This document shows, in pieces, positions 1 through 13,800 of a stretch of 64,000 nt of DNA. The notes beneath the pieces were generated by a model. That model was not told where the DNA came from. It saw only the letters and a list, made by a program, of their open reading frames with translations, and did no database searches. The DNA comes from Actinomycetota bacterium (GTDB lineage Bacteria > Actinomycetota > Acidimicrobiia > Acidimicrobiales > VFJN01), in NCBI GenBank assembly GCA_046726215.1, contig JBKPAA010000019.1:27379-91378 (forward strand), given 5' to 3'. Both the position numbers and the translations under genes were made by a program. Each line of letters starts with the position of its first letter. The first letter of the stretch is position 1.

Positions 1-9
1 GCGTCATAG

Positions 10-21
10 CCCGGAAAATCT

Positions 22-25
<4 letters not shown>
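10..25. repeat. Right arm of a REP-like palindrome (CCCGGAAAATCTTCAA), cut by the window edge
   Basis: The same 16-mer occurs at 53728-53743. It is AT-rich for this genome and supplies the TGA stop (22-24) of the YyaL-like gene. Confidence 0.7.
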
Positions 26-2145
<2,120 letters not shown>

Positions 2146-2218
2146 GGTAGGGGGATGGGAGGCGCGCCCGAACGCCTACCTCCCGGGTAATTGGGACCCG
2201 CGCTCCGGGGCGTGGACC

Positions 2219-2656
2219 ATGGAGGGCATGAACCCAGACGAGGCCACCGCCTTCCTGCGCTCTGCGATCCCGCTGTGCGACACGCTCGACATGCGGGCCG
2301 CAGCCGCCGGGCCCGACGAGGTGCGAGTGGAGATCGACTGGGCTCCGGGGCTGTGCACCGGCAACGGCGTGCTGCACGGAGGGGTGGTCATGGCGCTGGC
2401 GGACTCGGCCGGCGGCGCCTGCACCTACTTCAACCTGCCCGAGGGCGCCACCGGCACCACGACCATCGAGTCGAAGACCAACTTCCTGGGCGCCGTGCGC
2501 GAGGGCGTGGCCGTCGCCAGCGCCCGCCCCCTGCACGTGGGCAGGACGACGATCGTGATCGAGACGGTGGTCATCGACGGGCGCGACCGGCCGGTGGCCA
2601 AGGTGACGCAGACCCAGCTGGTGCTCCGCTCGCCCGGCGCCGCCCCCTCCCCCTAG
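2219..2656 (+). CDS. PaaI-family hotdog thioesterase (possible DHNA-CoA thioesterase, given the men cluster nearby)
   Basis: GVLHGGVVMALAD, TTIESKTNFL, HVGRTT and AKVTQTQ motifs. Confidence 0.88.
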   Translation: MEGMNPDEATAFLRSAIPLCDTLDMRAAAAGPDEVRVEIDWAPGLCTGNGVLHGGVVMALADSAGGACTYFNLPEGATGTTTIESKTNFLGAVREGVAVASARPLHVGRTTIVIETVVIDGRDRPVAKVTQTQLVLRSPGAAPSP

Positions 2657-2726
2657 CGTTCGGGCCCATGAGTGAGCGTCCGTCGAGGGTGGCGGGGAAA
2701 CAACGAGAGAGCGAATCCGGGTAGCA

Positions 2727-3488
2727 ATGGAGATCAGCCTCAAAGGGAAGGTGGCGCTCGTCACCGGGGCCAGCCGGGGGATCGGCAAGGCGATCGCGAC
2801 CGGCTACGCAGACGCCGGGGCAGCGGTGATGCTGTCGTCACGCAAGCAGGAGGCCCTGGAGGTGGCGGCCGCCGAGATACCCGACTCGGCCAGCGGGGTG
2901 GCTGTGTTCGCGGCCAATGCCGGCGAGCCCGACCAGATCGCCGCCTGCGTCGCCGCAACCATGCAGCGGTTCGGCGCCATCGACATCCTGGTCAACAACG
3001 CCGCCACCAACCCCTACATGGGCCGGACCGTCGACATCGACCTGCCCCGCTTCGACAAGACGTGGCAGGTCAACTACCGCGGCCCGGTCGTGTGGGTGCA
3101 GGAGGCCTGGAAGGCATCGATGGCCGACCGGGGCGGGGTCGTCCTGAACATCGCCTCGGTGGGCGGCCTGTCCGTCGAGCCGGCCATCGGCCACTACAAC
3201 GTGACCAAGGCGGCCCTGATCCACCTGACCCGCACGCTCGCACAGGACCTGGCCCCCGGCGTGCGGGTGAATGCCATCGCCCCGGGGCTGGTGAAGACCG
3301 ACTTCGCCCGTGCGCTGTGGGAGCCGGCCGAGGAGCAGGTCGCGGCCCGGATGCCGCTCGGGCGCCTGGGCGACCCGGTGGACATCGCGAACGCAGCGTT
3401 GTTCCTGGCCAGCGACCTGGCGTCCTGGATCACCGGCCAGACACTGGTGGTCGACGGCGGGGCGCTGGTGGGCTCGCGGCGGCTGTAG
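2727..3488 (+). CDS. Short-chain dehydrogenase/reductase
   Basis: TGASRGIG, NNAA, YNVTK catalytic motif, VRVNAIAPG. Confidence 0.93.
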   Translation: MEISLKGKVALVTGASRGIGKAIATGYADAGAAVMLSSRKQEALEVAAAEIPDSASGVAVFAANAGEPDQIAACVAATMQRFGAIDILVNNAATNPYMGRTVDIDLPRFDKTWQVNYRGPVVWVQEAWKASMADRGGVVLNIASVGGLSVEPAIGHYNVTKAALIHLTRTLAQDLAPGVRVNAIAPGLVKTDFARALWEPAEEQVAARMPLGRLGDPVDIANAALFLASDLASWITGQTLVVDGGALVGSRRL

Positions 3489-3500
3489 CGCGTTCGCCAC

Positions 3501-3552
3501 CGTTTTCTTCGCGGGATCGGCCGCCGGAGCGACCAGCCCCGCGGAGAAAACG
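3501..3552. terminator. Imperfect 15-bp inverted repeat between convergent genes (REP-like or bidirectional terminator)
   Basis: CGTTTTCTTCGCGGG ... CCCGCGGAGAAAACG, 1 mismatch. Confidence 0.6.
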
Positions 3553-3564
3553 CGTGGTGCGGGG

Positions 3565-4638
<1,074 letters not shown>

Positions 4639-4683
4639 GGTGGTGGAGGTTACGGGGCGCCGCGGCGATCTACGGTCGATGGC

Positions 4684-5675
<992 letters not shown>

Positions 5676-5679
<4 letters not shown>

Positions 5680-6548
5680 CGACCACCGAGGCAGCCGCGC
5701 CGTCCGCGCCCACGACCCGGAGTCCGTGGTTCGTCCACTCGTGGACGCCGATGAGCTGGCGCGCGTTCGCCGCCCTGCTCGGCCGCGACCTCGTCGTGCT
5801 CCGCAAGGACCTGCCCGCCTTCGTCGCCCGCACCGTGATGCAGCCGGTGCTGCTCATGTTCGTGTTCACCTACGTGTTCCCCAAGATCGGCCAGGGAGTG
5901 GGCAGTGCCGGCGGGGCCTCGGCCGAGGGCGCGTTCAGCACACTGCTGGTGGGGGGCGTGGTGGCCAGCGCCATGATCTTCCAGGGGATCCAGGCGGTGG
6001 CGCTGCCCATGGTGCAGGACTTCGGCTTCACCCGCGAGATCGAGGACAGGGTTCTGGCCCCGATCCCGGTCGAGGGGGTGGCGCTCGAGAAGGTGACCTC
6101 GGGTGCGATCCAGGGCCTGCTGGCCGCCCTGGTGGTCCTGCCCCTCGCCTACGTCATCCCGGCCACCGACGTGCACCTCGACGTCAACTGGCCCGTGACC
6201 CTGACCTTCCTGCCGCTCGCGGCGGTGCTGGGCGCGTCGCTGGGGCTCACCGTCGGCACCCGGGTAGAGCCGCGCCAGGTGCCCCTCGTCTTCAGCCTGC
6301 TCGTGCTGCCCATGACCTTCCTGGGTGCGGTGTACTACCCGTGGCAGGGACTCGAACCCCTCCCCGTGTTGCGCTGGGCCGTGCTGGTGAACCCGCTCGT
6401 CTACCTGTCCGAGGGCGTGCGCATCGGTTTGACCAGCGGCACGATCCCGCACATGAACGGCGTCGTCGTCTATCTCGCTTGCCTCGGCTTCACGGCCGTG
6501 CTCCTGCGAGTGGGGATCAAGGGGTTCCGCCGGCGGGTGCTCACCTGA
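5676..6548 (+). CDS. ABC-2 type permease
   Basis: Six hydrophobic segments, NPLVYLSEG motif, ATGA overlap with the ATPase gene. Confidence 0.9.
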
Positions 6549-7450
6549 TGGCGAGCGTCGCCACCCCGGCCGGCTGGCGGGTCTGGGTCGCCGGCGCGCG
6601 GCCCCGGACCCTTCCGGCTGCCGTGGTGCCGGTGTTGGTGGGGACGGCCTGTGCCGCCGGCCGGGCGGACGTCGTGGCGTGGCGGGCGGTGGCCGCGGGC
6701 GTGGTGGCGCTGGCCCTGCAGGTGGGGACCAACTACGCCAACGACTACAGCGACGGCGTGCGGGGGACCGACCGGGACGACCGGAGGGTCGGGCCCCTCC
6801 GGCTGGTGGGCTCCGGGTTGCGGACGCCCGGGGCCGTCAAGCGGGCGGCGCTGGCGTCGTTCCTGGTCGCCGGCGTGGCGGGGTTGGCCCTGGCCATCGC
6901 GGTCGGCTGGGAGCTGTTGGTGGTCGGGGCGCTGGCCATCGCCGCCGGCTGGTTCTACACGGGCGGCCCCCGCCCGTACGGCTACCTGGGGCTCGGCGAG
7001 CTGTTCGTGTTCGTGTTCTTCGGGGTGGTGGCGACGACCGGCTCCGCCTACGTGCAGGAGGAACGCCTGTCGGGCCTCGCCCTGGCGGCGAGCGTGCCCG
7101 TCGGCCTGCTGGCGACGGCGCTGCTGGTCGTGAACAACCTGCGCGACATCCCCGGCGACAGCGCCGCCGGCAAGCGCACGCTGGCGGTGCGCCTCGGCGA
7201 CCGGCGCACGCGGTGGCTCTACGTGGCGCTGCTGGTGGGCGCGGTAGTCATGGTCCCCGTGGTGGCGGCCGTGGGGGACCGGGCCGGGGCCGCCCTGGCC
7301 CTGGCGGCCGTGCCGCTGGCCCGGCGCCCGGTGACCACCGTGCTGGGTGGCGCCCGTGGCGGCGAACTCATCCCGGTGCTGGGTGATACGGGGCGGGTCC
7401 AGCTCGCGTTCGGCGCCCTGCTGGCGCTCGGCCTCTGGCTGACGGCCTGA
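6548..7450 (+). CDS. menA: 1,4-dihydroxy-2-naphthoate polyprenyltransferase
   Basis: ARPRTLPAA, NYANDYSDG, YGYLGLGE and NNLRDIPGD..GKRTLAV motifs. Confidence 0.95.
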   Translation: MASVATPAGWRVWVAGARPRTLPAAVVPVLVGTACAAGRADVVAWRAVAAGVVALALQVGTNYANDYSDGVRGTDRDDRRVGPLRLVGSGLRTPGAVKRAALASFLVAGVAGLALAIAVGWELLVVGALAIAAGWFYTGGPRPYGYLGLGELFVFVFFGVVATTGSAYVQEERLSGLALAASVPVGLLATALLVVNNLRDIPGDSAAGKRTLAVRLGDRRTRWLYVALLVGAVVMVPVVAAVGDRAGAALALAAVPLARRPVTTVLGGARGGELIPVLGDTGRVQLAFGALLALGLWLTA

Positions 7451-7475
7451 CCGGGGCCCGGCGGCGCCCGTGGGC

Positions 7476-7518
7476 GCCCGGGGGGCCCGCGGGTGCCCGG
7501 GGGTCCCGCGGGTGCCCG
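7476..7518. repeat. 19-bp tandem repeat (x2 plus a partial copy)
   Basis: GCCCGGGGGGCCCGCGGGT / GCCCGGGGGTCCCGCGGGT / GCCCG, abutting the 97-bp element. Confidence 0.7.
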
Positions 7519-7613
7519 AGGCAATATGGTCCGCCCCGGGGTTCTCGAGGCAACGGGCACCGGCCCCCGGACCCCGGTGCCTCGTCCTGTCGTCGCCGGA
7601 CCGTATTGCCTCG
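7517..7613 (+). repeat. 97-bp nested-palindrome element (MITE/REPIN-like), copy 1
   Basis: 16-bp terminal IR CGAGGCAATATGGTCC/GGACCGTATTGCCTCG, internal CGAGGC pair, central CCGGCCCCCGG. Confidence 0.85.
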
Positions 7614-7621
7614 CGTTTGGG

Positions 7622-8398
7622 TTACTCGCCCGCCATCTCTGCCAGCCACGGCTCGACCAGCTCCAGGAACCGCGCCGGCTGTTCCAGATGGGCGCTGTGC
7701 CCGGCGCCGGGGACCAGCGCCGTGCGGGCGTTGCCTCCGATGGCCACCGCCGTCCGCCGAGCGATGTCGGCGTACCGTTCGTCGTCCTCGCCGGCCATGA
7801 CGAGGACCGGGATGTCGATGCCCGGCAGCGCCGACCACAGCGGGGCCTGGGAACCGGTCCCCGCGAGCTCCAGGCTCCGGGCGAGCGCCTCGGCGGTGTT
7901 GCCCCGACGCTGGTCCTCGAATCGGGCGCCCCCGGGGAGCCCGGCGAACATCGGCTGGTCGAGCCACCAGCCGACGAACCAGTCCACGCCCTCCACCCGA
8001 ATGCGCTCGGCGAGCGCTTCGTCGCGTAGCCGGCGCTCGGCCCGCTCGGCGTCGTCCTCGATGCCCGGCGTCCCGCCCACGAGGACCAGACCCCGCACCG
8101 CCTCGGGAGCCTCCGTGGCCACGTGCAGGGCCATGCGGGCGCCCATCGAGTAGCCCAGGAGGATCGCCGGGCCGGCGGCCTCGGCCACCAGTCGGCCCGT
8201 GGTCGGGAGGTCGGCGGCGATGCCGGCCGAGCCACCGTGCCCCGGAAGGTCCAGGCGCACGACCTCGTGGTGGGCGCCGAGCGCCGTCGCCACGGGCCCC
8301 CAGCAGCGGCAGGTCTGCCCGAAGCCGTGCAGCAACGCGACCCGGGGGCCGGACCCGTCGCATTCGTCATGTAGCGGCACGGCGGGGAATGCTTGCAT
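7622..8398 (-). CDS. menH: Alpha/beta hydrolase, SHCHC synthase
   Basis: LHGFGQ, DLPGHG, GYSMGAR nucleophile motif, GHSAHLEQP; next to menD; start uncertain (8398 or 8380). Confidence 0.85.
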   Translation of the reverse strand: MQAFPAVPLHDECDGSGPRVALLHGFGQTCRCWGPVATALGAHHEVVRLDLPGHGGSAGIAADLPTTGRLVAEAAGPAILLGYSMGARMALHVATEAPEAVRGLVLVGGTPGIEDDAERAERRLRDEALAERIRVEGVDWFVGWWLDQPMFAGLPGGARFEDQRRGNTAEALARSLELAGTGSQAPLWSALPGIDIPVLVMAGEDDERYADIARRTAVAIGGNARTALVPGAGHSAHLEQPARFLELVEPWLAEMAGE

Positions 8399-8489
8399 GT
8401 CGCATGGCCGTTCCTCTCGGGGGGCTGCGCCCCCGTGCCCCATCGTCGCCCGGCTCCCTGGCGGTCGCTCGGTCGACCGGTCATGAGCT

Positions 8490-10229
8490 GTGCTCATGAC
8501 CGTCGCCCAGCCCCGCTCGCCCGCCGACGTGCAGGCCGCGTTCGCCGCCACGCTGGTCGACGAGTGGGTTCGGTGCGGGGTCCGGCACGCTGTCGTGTGC
8601 CCGGGCTCGCGCTCGACCCCGCTCGCGCTGGCCCTGTCCGAGCGGCCGCAGGTCGCCCTCCAGGTCCACCACGACGAGCGCTCGGGAGGGTTCCTCGCGC
8701 TGGGACTCGGGCTCGCCACCGGGCAACCGGCGGTCGTGCTGACCACCAGCGGCACCGCCGCCGCCGAGCTGCACGCCGCCGTGGTGGAGGCCGACCTGGC
8801 CGGCGTCCCGCTCCTGGCCTGTACCGCCGACCGCCCCCCGGAGCTCCGGGACGTGGGTGCCCCCCAGGCCATCGACCAGGTGCACCTGTTCGGCCGGGCC
8901 GTCCGGTGGTTCGGCGATCCCGGCGTGCCCGACGTCGCGTCGGCGCCCCGGTGGCGCGCCTTCGCCGGGCGGGCTCACGCCGCGACTGTTGGCGGCCGCC
9001 CCGGCCCCGTGCACCTCAACCTGCCGTTCCGGGAGCCGCTGGTGGGCACCGCCGGCTGGTCACCGCCCGGACGCGGCGACCGCCCGTGGGTGGCGACGTC
9101 GGCGGTGGACGGGGCGCCGACGATCGGGGCCGACCCGCCGGCGGAGTTGCAAGAGCTCGCCGGCCGGCGCGGCGTCATCGTGGCGGGGGCGGCGCCCATC
9201 GACGGTCCGGCCCTCCATCGCCTGGCGGAGGCCATGGGGTGGCCGGTGCTGGCGGAGCCGCGCTCGCCGGCGTGGATCCCGGCGGCCACCGGCGTCGTGC
9301 ACCTCGACGCCGTCCTCCGCTCGCCACGCGCCGCCGAAGGGCTGCGGCCCGAGGCGATCCTGCGGGTCGGGGCGCCGGGTGCGTCGCGGGTCGTCAACGA
9401 ATGGCTGGCGGCATCCGGGGCCGACGAGGTCGTCGTGGGTGCGCCCGGATGGTCCGACCCGGCGGCGACGGCGACGGCCGTGATCGACGGACCGCCCGCC
9501 GCCGTGCTGGCGTCGCTCGGGGCTGCGGATCTCCGGCCGGCCCCCGGCGCGTGGCTGGAACGGTGGCGGGCGGCATCGGATGCCGCCGGCTCCGCCGTGG
9601 TCGCAGCCCTGGCGCAGCTACCGGCCCCGAACGAGCCGGCGATCGCGCGCGCGAGCGTTGCGGCCCTGCCCGAGGGCGCCCGGCTGGTGGTGGCGTCCTC
9701 GATGCCCATCCGTGACGTCGAGCGCTACGCCGCGCCGCGGGCCGGCGTGACCGTGCTGGCCAACCGGGGCGCCAACGGCATCGACGGCACCGTGGCCACC
9801 GCGGTCGGCGTCGCGGTGGGATCGGCCGCGCCGACCGCCCTCCTCATCGGCGACATCGCCTTCCTGCACGACAGCAACGGGCTGCTGGGCGCCGCCGGGC
9901 GGGGGATAGACCTGGTATGCGTCGTGGTCGACAACGACGGGGGCGGCATCTTCTCGTTCCTGCCCCAGGCCCGGGAGTTGCCGACCGAGCGGTTCGAGAC
10001 CCTGTTCGGCACCCCCCACGGCCTCGACCTGGTGGCGCTGGCGGCGGCCTACGGCGTCGACGCCCGGGCGCTCGATCCGGACGACGGGATCGACGCCGCC
10101 GTGGGTGAGGCCGTCGCCAAGGGTGGCGTCCACGTCCTCGTCACCCGCACCGATCGGGCCGCCAACGTCGATGCCCACGGCCGGATCGACGCGGCGGTGG
10201 CCGCCGCGGTCGACGCCACCCTGTGCTGA
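8490..10229 (+). CDS. menD: SEPHCHC synthase
   Basis: CPGSRSTPL, DERS, TTSGTA, ADRPPEL, NRGANGIDG, GDIAFLHD and NDGGGIF motifs. Confidence 0.96.
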   Translation: MLMTVAQPRSPADVQAAFAATLVDEWVRCGVRHAVVCPGSRSTPLALALSERPQVALQVHHDERSGGFLALGLGLATGQPAVVLTTSGTAAAELHAAVVEADLAGVPLLACTADRPPELRDVGAPQAIDQVHLFGRAVRWFGDPGVPDVASAPRWRAFAGRAHAATVGGRPGPVHLNLPFREPLVGTAGWSPPGRGDRPWVATSAVDGAPTIGADPPAELQELAGRRGVIVAGAAPIDGPALHRLAEAMGWPVLAEPRSPAWIPAATGVVHLDAVLRSPRAAEGLRPEAILRVGAPGASRVVNEWLAASGADEVVVGAPGWSDPAATATAVIDGPPAAVLASLGAADLRPAPGAWLERWRAASDAAGSAVVAALAQLPAPNEPAIARASVAALPEGARLVVASSMPIRDVERYAAPRAGVTVLANRGANGIDGTVATAVGVAVGSAAPTALLIGDIAFLHDSNGLLGAAGRGIDLVCVVVDNDGGGIFSFLPQARELPTERFETLFGTPHGLDLVALAAAYGVDARALDPDDGIDAAVGEAVAKGGVHVLVTRTDRAANVDAHGRIDAAVAAAVDATLC

Positions 10230-10238
10230 GGCAGGCTC

Positions 10239-11477
10239 CTAGGGCCGGACGATCGCCGACAACAGGGCCTGGAGCTTGGACCGGGTCTCGGCCAGCTCGG
10301 TGGCGGGATCGCTGTCGGCGACGATGCCGTTGCCGGCCCAGACCCGCGCCGACGACCCGTCGATCTCGGCGCAGCGGACGGACACGGCCCACGTGCCGTT
10401 GCCGGCGGCGTCGGCCCACCCGGCGGTGCCCGCGTAGCGCCGGCGATCGAAGCCCTCGTGCTCGGCGATCCACGCGACCGCCTCGTCGCGGGGCCAGCCC
10501 GCCACGGCGGGGGTGGGGTGGAGCGCCGCCACCAGTTCCAGGACCGACGGTGCCGGCTGCGACAGGCGTCCCTCGACCATGGTCGCCAGGTGCTGGACGT
10601 TGGCGACCGCGACCACCGATGGCTCCGCCTCGTAGTCGAGGTATGAGCACCACGGCAGCAACGTGTCGTGGACCATGTCGATGGTGATCTGGTGCTCCTG
10701 GCGGTCCTTGGTCGAGGCCAGCAGCGATGCCGCCAGCCGCTGGTCGGTCGTAGGGTCGCCGCCCCGGGGCGCGGTGCCGGCCATGGGATGGGACCGGACG
10801 ATGTCGCCGGCCACCGAGACCAGCAACTCGGGGCTGGCGGCCACGAAACCGTCGACCGAGACGATGTGGCAGCCCGGGTAGGCCGAGCGCAGCCGCTGGA
10901 GAACCGCCAACCGGTCGATGGCCCCGTCGGCCGTGATGTCGATCTGGCGGGCGAGCACGACCTTGTGCAGGTCGTTGCCCGTCATGGCCCCCGTCATGGC
11001 CTTGGTCGCCCCCTCGACGAGGGCGCACCAGTCCTCCGGGTCGCGCTGCGCCGTGACCGTGAACCGCTGGACCGCCGGAAGGTGCTCGGCGTCGGCCTCG
11101 AGGTGCGGCCGGCCGGCGTCGGCAGCGCCTTCGCCGATGGTGGTGAGCCAGCGGGTCCCGTCGTCCGCGCGCCCGGCGACGACGGTCGGGACCATCAGCT
11201 CGCTGGCAGCGCCCGGCGCGAACGGCAACGTCCCGAAGGCCACGGGACCGCAGCCGGGCAGCCTGACCTCGTCGTCGACCTCGATTCCGGCCAGGGCCTC
11301 GGCCACCGACCGGGCGGCTGCCGCCGGATCGCCGCCGGGCCACGGCAGGCGCGCCGCACAGCCCCGGCCCGCCAGCCCGGACCGCCCCCGCTCGAACAGC
11401 ACCCCGTCCGGCCCCGCGAATCGCAGCAGGTCGACGTCGGCGTCGAGCCGGCGGGTGCACGCCCGGAGGGCGGTCAC
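10239..11477 (-). CDS. menF: Isochorismate synthase
   Basis: KVVLAR, ASPELL, AGT, KDRQEH, LHPTPAVAG and AGNGIVADS motifs; GTGA overlap with menG. Confidence 0.9.
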   Translation of the reverse strand: MTALRACTRRLDADVDLLRFAGPDGVLFERGRSGLAGRGCAARLPWPGGDPAAAARSVAEALAGIEVDDEVRLPGCGPVAFGTLPFAPGAASELMVPTVVAGRADDGTRWLTTIGEGAADAGRPHLEADAEHLPAVQRFTVTAQRDPEDWCALVEGATKAMTGAMTGNDLHKVVLARQIDITADGAIDRLAVLQRLRSAYPGCHIVSVDGFVAASPELLVSVAGDIVRSHPMAGTAPRGGDPTTDQRLAASLLASTKDRQEHQITIDMVHDTLLPWCSYLDYEAEPSVVAVANVQHLATMVEGRLSQPAPSVLELVAALHPTPAVAGWPRDEAVAWIAEHEGFDRRRYAGTAGWADAAGNGTWAVSVRCAEIDGSSARVWAGNGIVADSDPATELAETRSKLQALLSAIVRP

Positions 11478-12187
11478 GACTTCCTCGTGGCGAGGATGAG
11501 CTGGGCGATGCCCCGCGAGAGCAGGCGCCGGTCGACATCGACGAAGCCAGCATTGGCGATCATCCGGCGCATGTCGCCGGGCGCCGGCAGGTAGGCGACC
11601 GAGCGGGGCAGGTAGCGGTAGGCCGAGCCGTCGGATAGCAGGCCACCGATGACCGGCACCACCCTGCCGAAGTAGGTCCGGTGCCCCCAGCGCAGGATCC
11701 GGTTGGGTGGGGTCGCCACCTCGAGCAGCGCAATGCGCCCGCCGGGGCGCAGCACCCGAGCCAGCTCGGACAGGAAAGGTCTCAGCGCCACCAGGTTGCG
11801 CAGGGCGAAGCCGCAGGTGACGCCGTCGACCGTCGCCGCCCTCAGGGGCAGGGTCAGCGCGTCGCCCTGGACCAGCGGAGCCTGCGTCCGCGCGGCCGTC
11901 AGCATCCCGTACGACAGGTCGACGCCGAGGGGCACCAGCCCGGCCGACGCCAGCTCGCGGCACAGGTCCCCGGTGCCGCAGGCCAGGTCGACCACCCTCG
12001 CTCCGGGCGGCAGCGCCAGGGACCCAACGGCGCGCCGCCGCCAGCCGACGTCCATGCGGAATGTCATGACGCGGTTGACCAGGTCGTAGCGGGGGGCGAT
12101 GGCGTCGAACATGTCCCGCACCGCCCGCACCTTGTCGGCGCCCTGGGGCAGCGTTTCCGGCATCGCGCTGGCGGCCATCGGCCGCAT
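11474..12187 (-). CDS. menG: Demethylmenaquinone methyltransferase (UbiE/MenG)
   Basis: MFDAIAPRYD, DLACGTGD, GFALRN and AYRYLPRS motifs. Confidence 0.9.
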   Translation of the reverse strand: MRPMAASAMPETLPQGADKVRAVRDMFDAIAPRYDLVNRVMTFRMDVGWRRRAVGSLALPPGARVVDLACGTGDLCRELASAGLVPLGVDLSYGMLTAARTQAPLVQGDALTLPLRAATVDGVTCGFALRNLVALRPFLSELARVLRPGGRIALLEVATPPNRILRWGHRTYFGRVVPVIGGLLSDGSAYRYLPRSVAYLPAPGDMRRMIANAGFVDVDRRLLSRGIAQLILATRKS

Positions 12188-12286
12188 CGTACGGGCGTGC
12201 CTCCGGCGGCCGACAACCGGTCGTCACCGTCCGGGGCTCCGCCCCTCGATCACGTGGCCGCCTGCGGCCGCGCCTACGCTGCCCCC

Positions 12287-13678
12287 GTGGCAAGGGCGCA
12301 TTTCCGGATCTTCGGCATCCCCGTGCGGGTCGAGCCGTTCTTCGTGGTCGTCGCCTTCCTGTTCGGCATCCGCCTCGAGCCGCTGTGGGTGGTGTTCGCC
12401 TTCGCCGTCATCGTGTTCGTCTCGATACTGGTCCATGAGCTGGGCCACGCACTGACCTACCGGCTGCTGGGGCAACGCTCGGCCATCGTGTTGCACGGGT
12501 TCGGTGGCTTTACGGTGCCCACCGGGGGCGGCCGGCGGGTGCTCAACAAGCCGAAGTCGATACTGGTGAGCCTCTCGGGTGCGTTCACGCAGCTGGTGGT
12601 GCTCGGCCTGCCTGCGCACTTCGTGTTCTACAGGACCGACTGGGGACTTCAGCAGCGCATCGACTACGCGTTCGACCAGGGCTTCTTCAGCTGGGCGCCG
12701 GTCCTCTACTACATGCAGTGGGTAAGCATCTGGTGGGCGGTGTTCAACCTGCTGCCGATCCGGCCGCTCGACGGCGGGCACGTGGCCGAGGAGCTGGTCG
12801 GCTTCGAGAACGCGTGCAAGCTCTCGATCGCCGCCGCCATCGTCGCCGGGTTCCTCGCCTACCGGGCGTCGTTCATCGGCCTCTTCGGCCTGCTGTTCTT
12901 CGGCCTGTTCGCCTACATGAACTTCCAGGAGCTGCGCGCCGGCCAGCGCACCGGCGTGTTCGACGTCGATGCCCCGGAGGGCGGCACCCGTTCGGGGGCG
13001 GGCCGCCGCTTCGGCCGCCGTGCGCGCCCGCGGGGGAGCCCCGACCTGCAGGTGGTCAGGCCGCCCGGGTCGGCGCAGCTGCCCGACCTCAGCCCCCGGC
13101 CCTCGACCGCCGAGGCAGAGACCCGCGCGTGGAATGCCCTGCGGGCCGGGGAGGGCGACCGGGCGGCGGCGATCATGCGCCAGGCGGGCGGGGGTGGGAA
13201 CGCGTTCCTGCGGGCGAGCATCGCCCTGTTCACGGGCCCGGTGGAGATGTCCGACGACCTGTTCGAGGCCGCGTACAGCCACGACCCCGGGGGACCGCCC
13301 AACCTGGTGCCCGCCACGCTGCTGGCCGATCGGGGCCGGGCGGTGCCGGTGGCGGCCAGGCTGGTGGCGTCGGGCCGGGCCGGCGTGGAGGCGGCCAGTG
13401 GCCTCCAGACCCACCTGCACTACGCAGAGCGGTTCCGGGCCGCCGCCGAGGTCGGCGAGCAGGTGTTCGCGGCCGGCCCACAGAGCCCGCCGCAGACGGC
13501 CTTCGAGGTGGCGTGCTCGTGGGCGAGGGCGGGCCAGCCCGACGAGGCGCTGCGCTGGGTGGAGGCGGCGGTGGACGCCGGCTTCCACGCCCCGGGGTTG
13601 CTCGACGGTGAGCCGGACCTGGCGAGCGTGCGGGCGCTGCCCGGCTGGGCGGCAGTGCGGTCCCGCCTGTCGGCCTGA
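12287..13678 (+). CDS. Site-2 protease (M50) with a C-terminal TPR-like domain
   Basis: HELGH, FNLLPIRPLDGG, several TM helices; C-terminal ACSWARAG..DEAL..AVDAGF..DPDL helical repeat. Confidence 0.88.
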   Translation: MARAHFRIFGIPVRVEPFFVVVAFLFGIRLEPLWVVFAFAVIVFVSILVHELGHALTYRLLGQRSAIVLHGFGGFTVPTGGGRRVLNKPKSILVSLSGAFTQLVVLGLPAHFVFYRTDWGLQQRIDYAFDQGFFSWAPVLYYMQWVSIWWAVFNLLPIRPLDGGHVAEELVGFENACKLSIAAAIVAGFLAYRASFIGLFGLLFFGLFAYMNFQELRAGQRTGVFDVDAPEGGTRSGAGRRFGRRARPRGSPDLQVVRPPGSAQLPDLSPRPSTAEAETRAWNALRAGEGDRAAAIMRQAGGGGNAFLRASIALFTGPVEMSDDLFEAAYSHDPGGPPNLVPATLLADRGRAVPVAARLVASGRAGVEAASGLQTHLHYAERFRAAAEVGEQVFAAGPQSPPQTAFEVACSWARAGQPDEALRWVEAAVDAGFHAPGLLDGEPDLASVRALPGWAAVRSRLSA

Positions 13679-13694
13679 GTTCCCGCCCCACCGG

Positions 13695-13790
13695 CGAGGC
13701 AATACGGCCCGCCGCACCACTCTCGAGGCAATGAGGACCGGCCCCCGGCTCTGGTTGCCTCCGAGCGTTTCGCCGGGCCCTATTGCCTCG
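13695..13790 (+). repeat. 96-bp nested-palindrome element, copy 2
   Basis: CGAGGCAATACGGCCC ... GGGCCCTATTGCCTCG, internal CTCGAGGCAA, central CCGGCCCCCGG. Confidence 0.85.
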
Positions 13791-13800
13791 GCACCCCCGC

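Noticed and set aside
7517..7613. Regularly spaced CGAGGCAA units as a mini-CRISPR array
   Set aside because: The units are 6-10 nt and arranged as inverted pairs, not 23-47 nt direct repeats; no cas genes or leader seen
8419..8434. GGGGGGCTGCGCCCCC hairpin between menH and menD
   Set aside because: REP-like but short, with no clear second copy in the window; not enough support to call a feature
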